Source: Amoebidium appalachense (taxonomy: Eukaryota > Protista > Ichthyosporea). From it: a stretch of DNA of 64,000 nt. The stretch is taken from the NCBI GenBank assembly GCA_963693365.1, contig CAVNZM010000007.1, forward strand, positions 6,197,962 through 6,261,961, read 5' to 3'. Numbering within the stretch: the stretch's first letter is position 1; every line of letters begins with the position of its first letter. A program made the translations under genes and the position numbers. Positions 43,001 to 64,000 of the stretch are shown here, in pieces. The notes beneath the pieces are model-generated. The model ran no database searches. It was not told the origin of the DNA and worked only from the letters and a program-made list of their open reading frames with translations.

Positions 43001-43839
43001 CGTTGCTGACATCGAGACAAACCATATTTGGGTAGCTAGGCACCCTTTACAAAACAATAAAAAAGCAGTAACATGTGTCAGTTTATAGCCGTGCTAAGAT
43101 ATGCACACACACATATAAGAGTAGGCAACAAGACACAAACACGGCACTCACAAACACGCACGGATAGAGATAGAAGATAGGGAGAAAGAAACACCCCCCC
43201 CCACACACATCATATACACATTGGCACAGACCTACCCAAACACACACACACACCCAAACGTGTGTACGCGCGCGCACACACACACACCCAAACACAAACA
43301 CACACACACACACATACACACACACACCGCCCCTCCCCTTCTTTTATTAGCTGACCCCTTATTCGCCGCTCCCTTATAACATCGTTCTCCTGTGCAAAAC
43401 CAGCACTAGTGTAGATGTATTAGAACCCGTTCTGGTAGATCCGTTCGTTTCTGTGATCATCACAGCCGGAGGGGATTGTTCTGGGTTTGTTGGGGCCCCC
43501 CCCTGTCCCCCCTTCCCTGGCGCCTGGGCGTACCCCACAACCAGGTTTCTCCCACCCAAAGCCTACGCCAGCCGGCCTTTACTCCATTATTCACTCGTTC
43601 AAATTCTCTTTCTTCTTCAGCCCTGAAAGCCGTCAGAATGTGATGCACTGCGCACATTCCCTAGCAATAATTATCTCTCTATGCATCAGATAATGCACAC
43701 ACACACATCATATACATAACACGCAGTTTAGAGTGAGCATTGTAATTGGGATCAGATCGCGTTCACGATTGGCGTCATCTCATACAGCCTCCACTGTTTG
43801 TGTTAAGCATAAGATGACTAGTCTACATACCAGAGTGTC

Positions 43840-43880
<41 letters not shown>

Positions 43881-43882
43881 AC

Positions 43883-43915
<33 letters not shown>

Positions 43916-45161
43916 GTCATTTACCACCGTGACTGCAGTGCTCAGGGTAGCAAATATGTACGAGTTGCATGGGTGTGCACTCATGTGCATTGGCCGTAGG
44001 CTGGTAACGTATAACAATTGGATTTGGCAAAGGCACCTTTGTGTGTGCGTGCGTGTGCCGTGTGCGCGCCCGCGTGCGTGGCATGTACATGTGTGTGTGT
44101 GCTTCTGCATCTACACGTAGTGTGCACGTGCACGTGTATGCAAGATCATCAGCCTTACGTAACTCTTGTGCCACTATGCCGTGGAAAAACAAGGAAGCCT
44201 TTGCATGTACGTGCGGGAGCCGGAGGGCGGACGTGGGACGCGCCAGGTGCACGGCCACAATGTGGGCGGGGAAGGGGGGGGGAAGGAGTGGGGAATGCGG
44301 AGGAGGGGAGCGTTACTACTCCATTTCACGGGGGGGTCGTGAGACTGGCCATGGTGGCGGGGAGAGACTGAGGGGGGTGGGGAGGGATAGGGGGGATCTG
44401 TCGAAGGGATCGAGAGGAAGTCAACGTAAACAAAACGACCACTAAGTTTTATCATTTCATGTTATTAGGCCAGGGCCAGCCTAGCAACTGTGGGCCAATA
44501 CACTATGAATAGGTGGGTGTGCCTTAAAATAATTTAGAAACCAACAAACTCTGACGGGCTGTCCACTGTACCATATCACTCCGTGTGAAGAGTTCTGATA
44601 CTTGCTTAGATGTGTGCTATGTTCAATTAACGACCTATGATCTGCTCTGATACATCGGGTATTTTCACTCTTTCTCGAGGATATACTGAAATTTCCCTTT
44701 AAAAAAAAACAAAGCACGGTAGATATTTGCAATACATTTTAAGCAATTAATATATCTAGCGCCCAACTATCGTTCGTTTGAATTCTTCACGTGTCCAGCT
44801 TGCATATTTGGGAATTCTATCATCAACCTACTGTATCACTGTATCATGCTACATAAACCATGTTTAGCTTTCAATCAAACAATCAGACACCACTAAATTC
44901 ATTGCATTATCCCCCCCCCCCCCCCCCCCCCCCCCTCGGCGGGCAAAAAAAAAAAAAAAAAAAAAAAAAGGAGAGAGAGAAAGAAAGAAAGAATTTCAAG
45001 AACACTCGCCCACCCCTACCTACGGGATCCCACCCTTAAAGGGGTAAAAATCGACCAGGGAAATCGTTGACCCGGTTTTCACACTTGCCCTCATACCGTT
45101 GTGGGTATATAGTTATGAAAATAGAAACAAAGGCCGACGGGGGGGTGAGAGAGAGAGAGGA

Positions 45162-45195
<34 letters not shown>

Positions 45196-45262
45196 AGAGA
45201 GAGAGGAAGGTTAACAGAACACAGCCACGGCTCGTGTTGTAAACAAGAAAGGTGCGGGTTGA

Positions 45263-53954
<8,692 letters not shown>

Positions 53955-54209
53955 ATTGGGTAGTTGCACGTGGCAGGGAATGAGCTGCACTATGGTTGTG
54001 TAAGGTCAAAGCAGAAGGATGGCAAGGGCAAATAACGAATAGCGGTGAGGAGGATGGGGAACTGGATTGTGGTAAAGAAGGAGGGATGTGTAAAAATAAA
54101 AATGAAGCGGTGAGGAAATGGGGAAGCCAGAGGGTCTGAGGGGACGGGGGGGCGCAAGAGGGGGAGAGGGAAGGAGAAGGAGGGGGGGGAGGGGGGGGGG
54201 GGGGGGGGG

Positions 54210-54315
<106 letters not shown>

Positions 54316-56940
54316 CCGAAGGGGTAAAGAGGATAGGGAATGTCTGGCATTTAGAAGTTGCAAGGAGGTGGGTGCATGTGATAAAAAAAAAATGTGTTAG
54401 TGGTTTTAAGCGAAGGCACGAGAGGGAGGAAGCAGAACACGGGTAGCTATAGAGCAAGGTGGATGCGCAGAAGGATGTTGGGGGAGGAAGGCGAGGGAGA
54501 GAGCTACAGACGGGAAACGACGAGAGGATAGAGGTAACGATTGGAAAAACAGTGCTTCTTCACGCAACGGGGGGCAGCAGGACATATAGATGAGAGGGAG
54601 CGAGGGACGGGGGGAGGGGGGAGGGGGGAAGGGGGGGGAGAGGGGGGGGGGGGGGGGGGGGGGCTGGGGCTGGATATTAGTGTGAGTTTGTGCGTAAGTA
54701 CGTGCAGGCGTGTGTGCGTGCGTGCATGCATGCGTGTGTGTGTTGGTGCGTGCATGTGTGTGTGTGTGGGCAAAATTCATGCACCAGACGACGCAAGAGA
54801 ACTGGGGGAGAAACAGGTCTGTGAAAATAGATGTGAATGTGAGGAAGGAAAGGAGTGGAAGGGGAATACAGGGGAGACAAACAGGGAAAAAACGCGTTGT
54901 TGGGAGGGGAGGGAGGGGGGAGGGGGGGAGGGGGGGGGGGGGGCAGGGGGTCCAGAAGAGGCGGCGGGGGGGGGGGGGGGGGGGGGATGTTTGTGTGGTC
55001 TTCGTGTATGTGCGTCAAAAACCCCAATACCGGTACCACTCTCACGTCAAATCAATCCTCTTTAATATTCTCCCTCCATGGGCAAGGCCCGGGCCTCCTT
55101 CATTGGAGTTTTGGCGGGCCAGCAGAGCCACACAGAGATGTAACCCATGCTGCCCAAGGTGTACAAGTCACATAGTAAGTTTATGTTGTTTTTAGTTTCA
55201 GCATACTATGATATATGTTCTTACCTGAAGTTTCGGATTAGATTCTTCTGTATTGCGGGCCTCAGAATCTCTCTAAGAATTTGCGTGCAACTCTATAAAC
55301 ATCCAATCAACGGCGAAGAGAGAGCCTTGCACAGAGAGGCTTACCAACAAAACAAAAATACTGCAGCTATTCCTCCCTTGGTGTGTATATAAGACAACGA
55401 TTAGCTCTGTTTTTGGCTGTTTTGATATTTTGATATAATAAGAGCTACATAAACTTCAGAAAACCGCCTAATATCTTCGATAATCGCTGCCTATATTAGT
55501 CTGCAACTCTGTGACGTCACTGCTGATACTTTGAAAGTGCGATTCCAACTTTCAAACACATAGCAAAGAGTGTGGAGTTGATTGCTACCAGGTACCCCTG
55601 GGGTATGTTTTCCAGCTGGGCAGAGCAAACTCCAAACTTGAACATCGAATCGTTGCTTAATATTCTGTTCCTGAAAGGCTTTTTGGGTTTGCAAACGGGA
55701 TCGTGTAATTAGTGCTTTGTTAATGTTAGACAGTTTAAAAAGAATTTCGGATATATGATTGGTTCAATTTCAAATTGCTTATCAGAACCGCAATCAATCC
55801 TCAAAAGCTCCTCATCGATGCAACTAAAGAAACCGTTAATTAACCAATCATAGATCAGATCGAAAATCACTGAACAATGGGCTAACTTTAAAAACAGCCA
55901 GTCGCATGATCGCATGATCCGCTAAACCTCATTATTTTGAGAAACGGAAAGACACTTAGCAGATCCCCCTTCTTTGAAATTCGGCTAAAGCTGGTTGGTA
56001 TAGGAACGCCGTGCGCCTAGCGATTGGCTACATATCAATTACAATGGAATGCCGATACGCAGAAAGCCAATCAAAAATTCTGTTTGATACGTAATTTCAG
56101 GGGTAACCATTGGGTCGCAGTTTGTCAAAGTTTTTTCGTCATCTGTCGCATAATCTTGCAGACGTCATCGGTTCCATGTGGCGAACGATCAAAATCGCTT
56201 TCGAGGAGAAAATTCTAAGTCTTTTGGCCTAGTCTTAGTGTAGACCTGTGAAGCAGATGACTTTTGTTGTGAAGCTGAGTCCTAAACTTAAGCTACCATT
56301 AGTTACGTTATTTTAGAAAGTTTTAGAAGAGTTGAACCAATAGTTCAAAAGTTATAGCGTTTCTAAAAAGTTTTTTTAATTGCCGCTGCTGAGGCTCAGT
56401 CAGAGAGCCGCAAATCCGGACCAAAAAAGGCGTTTTGACCTTTCAGATTTACGATTGGCTGTTCGACTTTGGGGTTTGCTGCTGGGCAGTGCGATCACTT
56501 GCAAAGTGTCTTATATTGCACATTGCACATTGCCAACGTCTCAAATTTTCGAAAGCGGCTTCCATAAACAAAGCTACACTTGCACTACAGTGGTTATTTC
56601 CGTTACTTTGAGCAACCCGCAAAAGGAAGAAAGTGAGAGCCCAGGTGTTAAGTCGCTCTTTTTGCAGCAGCACTTGGTGGGTGCAGCAGACAGCTGGTTC
56701 AACAGTTTATTGAGAATATGTCACCATATTTATATACTTTTTTACGTTCAAGATTCACACCACAGGATGCGTAACCACGAGTTCTGGTAGTGGACATTGG
56801 AGAAGCCCTAATTCAACTCAGGCTCAATGACAATACAAGCCATACACGACATTCATGCGTGGTCCAGAGCAGAGCACTCTACGTGCTCTCCCTCTCATTC
56901 TCATCCCTAAAACCCCACAATGCTTCCATCAGATACACGC

Positions 56941-57420
56941 CTAAAACCTCATCGCTCCCATGCTCTGAATCATGTCATGAACCTCTGTCAGAGCCTCCTG
57001 CACCACCACCAACTCGTGGGCTGTGTGGGTTGAACCGGTAGCACACAGTCCACACATGCTCTCTTGACAAGTACGACAGAACATGCTCTTTTCCTTCTCG
57101 TGGAAATTACACATTTCTCTCCCTTCCAACACCTGATTCTCTGTTTGGGAGCTGGCCAAAAGCGCACGTCCAAGCATATAAGAACCCTCGTCAGTGTCCA
57201 GAAAGGTCGTATCAACACCAGAAGATGAGGCAGGGAGATGCACCGTTTTCAAGCACAGGGGGCAGGAAAGGGCATTGCTCCAGCGTAGCCATTGTGCGTG
57301 CAGCAGCCAGTAGAGGCATACGGAGCAGTAGACATGTCCACAGGGGAGTCTTTTGGGCAGACGCTCGTCAGAGTATATGAAGGTGCAGATTTGGCAGCGC
57401 CCAGAAACCTCCCCAAACAT
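56941..57420 (-). CDS. intronless RING finger + B-box protein (TRIM-like N-terminus; possibly truncated or a pseudogene)
   Basis: C3HC4 RING CQIC..LPCGHVYCSVC..CPLC and B-box2 CNFHEKEKSMFCRTCQESMCGLC..HTAH; first in-frame ATG at 57420; stops at the start of the expected coiled coil. Confidence 0.75.
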   Translation of the reverse strand: MFGEVSGRCQICTFIYSDERLPKRLPCGHVYCSVCLYWLLHAQWLRWSNALSCPLCLKTVHLPASSSGVDTTFLDTDEGSYMLGRALLASSQTENQVLEGREMCNFHEKEKSMFCRTCQESMCGLCATGSTHTAHELVVVQEALTEVHDMIQSMGAMRF

Positions 57421-58609
57421 GTTGTTTGTTGATGACTCGTTGTCTGGTGATGGTTTTTTCACTGTGTCTGAGGCTCCACGTTTAAAGTGGGGTCCGCCGA
57501 AACTTCATGCCCTGATGGTGCTTGGTGCTCAAGGCCTCCTATATAGCACTCCATAAGGAGGCCTTGGTGGTGCTAGTCGCTTAGGGTGGCCGAGGAAGTT
57601 GAGGTTTTTTCCCGCCCTCATTCGAGCAGGGTGGAAAAGGGGGCGTCACTTCTGGATATGTATTATGCCAACAAAAGGGAAGAGAAAGAAGATATATTAA
57701 TGAATAACACAAATCTGAGAAACGCGAAGTTGCATCACCGCCTATTCAGCATCACCGCCTATTCAGTATGCTTTGCGTTGTAACGTCCGCTCACTCGAGC
57801 TCGAGCGTGAAACGCGAAGCTCACCACGTTTTGCGTAACGGTCGTTTGCGCAAACATTAGGGAATGTGCCAGGATGCGTTCTGATGGGCCATTGCTTCCG
57901 CTGCTCCAAATGCGGAAATTTTATCAAACTATTGATTGGTGAGCCACCATAACTGTGGAGCCGCACAGTGCACCGGCCGCGGACTGCCGGAGCTGCTCAA
58001 CTCAGTTGTCAGTGCCTCTCAGTGCCATGAACCACGGCGTTTTCAATTTCAATTTGAGTTCAGTTTTGCTGAGTTTTGACACGTGAATTCTTAGACTACT
58101 GTATTCAATTACAGTATTCTTAGTATTTTTAAGTCAAACAGAAAACAGTGGCGTGATTAAACGTGCAAATGTTGCACCCTTCATCTGTTATATCTTTTTT
58201 TTTTTTTTTTTTATTTTTTTTAGTGCCTTGCACTGCACAAATACACGCAACGCCTTCATGCAGCTTTCAAAGGCTTGCATCATTCACGGCCCTGGACGCT
58301 GTTCCATGGCCAGAGGGACGTGCCACAGCCACGAGATTACGGGTGTCATCATCAGAAAAATGTACAACCACGTTCTCCGATATCCGGCAATAATTTGTGA
58401 CACCTTGGCCGTCAGCCCCAACACACACCCGCGCAAGTACAAAAGCAATCCACCACAAACCAATCCCTATCAGTTACTACTTCGAATTAGTTCCTGTTCT
58501 TCTTCACAACAGGAATTTCATCCTCGAATAAGGCTCGCATCTCTCAGGAAGAATTCTCATCTTTTACAACTCTTTCTTTTTCTTTCTCTTTCTAACAACG
58601 ACCACCACC

Positions 58610-58990
58610 ATGACTTCCACCGACCACAAGCACTCTCTCCAGGGCAAGTTGGCCATCGTGACGGGTGCAAGCCGCGGCATCGGAGCAGCCATTGCCGTGG
58701 GACTTGCAAGCAAGGGGGCGTGTGTGGTTGTCAACTACGCGCAGAGCAAAGATGAGGCGGAGGAGGTGGTGAAGATGTGCAAGAAGATGGGGGGGAATGC
58801 GGTGGCGGTGCAGGCAGATGTGGGTGACGTCAAGCAGTGCAAGAAGTTGATTGACAAGTGGGTGCTTGCGTGATTTGACTGTGCATGTGGAGAGGGGGTT
58901 TAGAAAATGTGATGCAAACTTATTGTATTGTTAAAGGAAACAGTGGGGGGTCATTGGTTTTTTTGTTTTTTTTTTGTTTTTTTTTTTGTT

Positions 58991-59039
<49 letters not shown>

Positions 59040-59240
59040 AAAAAGATGAAGAGAAAAAAATTTACTCGATGGGAATAGAACGTAGAACGATCTGTCAGTG
59101 CTTGGAAGGCCCTGTGACTATCATAGTTTGAAAGAAAACGAGAACCGTTTGAGCGGTGATGGGTCTCTCTGTGTTGTTTTATACAACCCCTACATTTCAA
59201 CTTCACAGTTAGCATCCCTTCCCCTCGTCGCCTCCCTCCA

Positions 59241-59271
<31 letters not shown>

Positions 59272-59829
59272 TTCCCCCTGTGGCCCCCCAAATCTGACTT
59301 TAACCCTCACTCCTTTTTTCTCCCTTTCTACTTTTTTTTCCACTTTTAATATTTCTTTAACTTATTCTTTTCTTTTCTTTTCTTTTTTCTTATTTCTAAA
59401 TTTTTTAATTCCATGCAGGTGTCTGAACTTATGTGGGGAGGGCCACCAGCATATTCACATTCTCATCAACAATGCGGGGATAGCGGCCTACCAGCCAGTC
59501 AGCGAGGGGGATGAGGCCACCCTGGACAAGGTCTTTGCCACTGAGGTCAAGGGGCCATTCTTCCTCGCAAAATACGCTATGCAGGTAAAGAGCCCCCCCC
59601 CCCCCCCCCCTCCCCTCTTCAGTAATCGTTTCAAAGCTCTTGAAGATTGAGTCATTAAGGTTGCTTAAGGGGGAGAGGCCCCGGGGGGGGGGGGGGGGGG
59701 GGGGAGGGTTGGATTCACAAAACATGGGAGGTGCACATTGATCGACCCAAATCCCATAACTGATTCAGTTATATCAATAGAGCAGCGCTGATTGAGAAAA
59801 TTCCGATGAACTCGTAACACTTTAAAATG

Positions 59830-59871
<42 letters not shown>

Positions 59872-59993
59872 GAAAAAAAAGAAGAAAAAAAAAACCTTGT
59901 AGAAAGGGAGGCCCTTTTTTTCCGAGGTACAACACAATTCATCTAACTGATCATCCGACCCCCTCCCCCGCCCCCTCCCCTGCCACTCTCCCA

Positions 59994-60050
<57 letters not shown>

Positions 60051-60249
60051 AAAAGCACATGCCTGAGGGTGGGCGCATCATCAACATCAGCAGTGTGCAG
60101 GGCACGGAGGCCAACCCGCAGAAGGCCACCTATGCCATGGCCAAGGCAGCACTCAACCAGCTGACTAAGGCCCTGGCCGTGGAGCTTGGCGCAAAAGGTG
60201 CTTGCCTGGGAAAACACGTCTTCCCCCCATCTATTAAAAAAATTAAATT

Positions 60250-60282
<33 letters not shown>

Positions 60283-61200
60283 GAAAAGGAAGAATAAGCA
60301 AAGACAGCCCTTTGATGGTTCCCTGTCCCACGTCGGTTCGGTGCAAAATGTACTTGGGTTTCTGGGAACCTCGTCTCTTTGTCCCCCCTCCCCCCCCCCC
60401 CCCCCCCCCCTTCTGCCCCCTTTACCAAAAAAAAAGAGAGGAAGAAAAGAAAAAACAAACACAGCCACTAATGGATCCCTTTCCCGGGATCCCCTTACCC
60501 TCCCTCATCCCGCCTCCCCCCTCCCACCCACAAAAAAGTAGGACCCCATCCCCCCCAACAGCGCTCTTGTGTTCCGAACCTCTCTACCGTGGATTCTTTG
60601 CCCTCGACCTTGTCGACCGTGCTCATCCAGACACATTATACCCCCTCCTCCCCCCCCCCCCCCCCCCCACACCCACCCACCCGCACATACATACGAGAAT
60701 GATTGCGCGCACGTACAACGCACCCTCAAAGCACACATCCGCGCACACACAGACACACACGTACACACACGCACGCCCATCCACACCCTCACACACCAAA
60801 CACGACAGTGGCCACACCTGTACACCCACACGACATCCACACACACACACACATAGAGTACACACCGAGCCTAAGACTTCACCCCCTCCCCCTCCCCCTC
60901 TTCTCCCCCCCCCCCCCCACCACACACACACGTACACACACTTACACACACATGTACACACACGTACTTACGTACACAGGCATCACCGTCAACACCGTGT
61001 CCCCCGGTGCCGTCGAGTCCAAACTCTACGCAATAGACCACGACGAAGAGAAAGCAAAGAAGAGCGCATCAGCAAGCCCCATGGGACGAATTGGACAGCC
61101 GGAGGACATTAGCGACGTGGTGGTGTGGATGTGCACAAAGAAGGCAAAGTGGGTCACCGGGCAGAATTTCCACGTCGACGGGGGGGCTCTGATGGTTTAG
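58610..61200 (+). CDS. classical short-chain dehydrogenase/reductase (FabG-like, 4 exons)
   Basis: Exons 58610-58857 (VTGASRGIG), 59419-~59584 (ILINNAG), 60056-~60198 (GRIINISS, YAMAK), 60980-61200 (ITVNTVSPG, PMGRIGQPEDI, WVTGQNFHVDGG). Confidence 0.95.
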
Positions 61201-61779
61201 GGAAATCTAGGAGGGATATGGTGCGCTAATATGGCTCTTACGAGTGGGTTTGGAAATTTTTGTGGAATTTTTTGGTCATGTCTATTCCCCCTTGTTTTGT
61301 GGAGTTTTGTTGTATTCTAGCGAGGCATGTGGGCTTGTAATCTTTGGGGACATAGTGTATTGGTGGACACTTTAGAACTGGCTGGAAACTCTTGAGGGAT
61401 TTGAATGAACTTTTCGTACATGCTTCTGGCTTTTTCTTTGCTCCAATGAGAAATTCAGACGCTTTACATATGGGTATCTAGTGCTGATCGATTTGCCTCG
61501 ACAAATTAGCAACACCATCGTTGAATAATAAAAAAGAGGTAAAAGTATTGTGCGAGATGTGAAAAGTATATTGTGGGAACCCTTTCGCTCTGTTCTTTCT
61601 TTTTTATCTCAATCCAACTTTCCTATGAAGGCTCGAGATGCTCTTTAGTTCGCATCCTTCTCCCCCTCTTTGAAAATGTCTCAAAAATACCTTTCCCCCT
61701 CCCACCGCCCCCTGCCCCCCGCCCCTCTCCCTCCATACGATCCCTCCCTCCCTCCCTCCCAAATCTCTCCCTCCCTCCC

Positions 61780-64000
<2,221 letters not shown>

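Noticed and set aside
43374-44420. Possible small minus-strand spliced gene
   Set aside because: Exon-like blocks exist but could not be chained into a stop-free, recognisable protein.

Overview
Intron-rich eukaryotic DNA (the organism cannot be named from sequence alone) whose introns are packed with poly-G/poly-C, (CA)n/(GT)n and (GA)n tracts, so most ORFs in the supplied track are spurious. Hand-splicing gives five multi-exon genes: NAD kinase (-), an F-box/LRR protein (+), a TMCO3/KEA-type CPA2 cation/H+ antiporter (+) with an intronic tRNA-Val(UAC), uracil phosphoribosyltransferase (-) and a classical SDR (+). There is also an intronless RING/B-box ORF (-). Mobile DNA: a non-autonomous hAT-like element with a perfect 8-bp TSD, an intact pogo/Fot-like ORF with a DD35N triad, and a decayed non-LTR RT whose 3' end is duplicated upstream. 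Signals not explained by these features: (i) a dispersed repeat family (about 11 copies) with one fixed end joined to C-runs and a variable other end, suggesting a homopolymer-targeting retroelement; (ii) a B-box-containing structured RNA-like segment with two hairpins sharing the loop ATCGGATG; (iii) three copies of a ~37-bp palindrome with an asymmetric core; (iv) repeated duplication of splice junctions into introns, (CA)nCAG acceptors and a 15-unit CAG|GTAC array. Coordinates were read by eye, and homopolymer lengths may include sequencing error.
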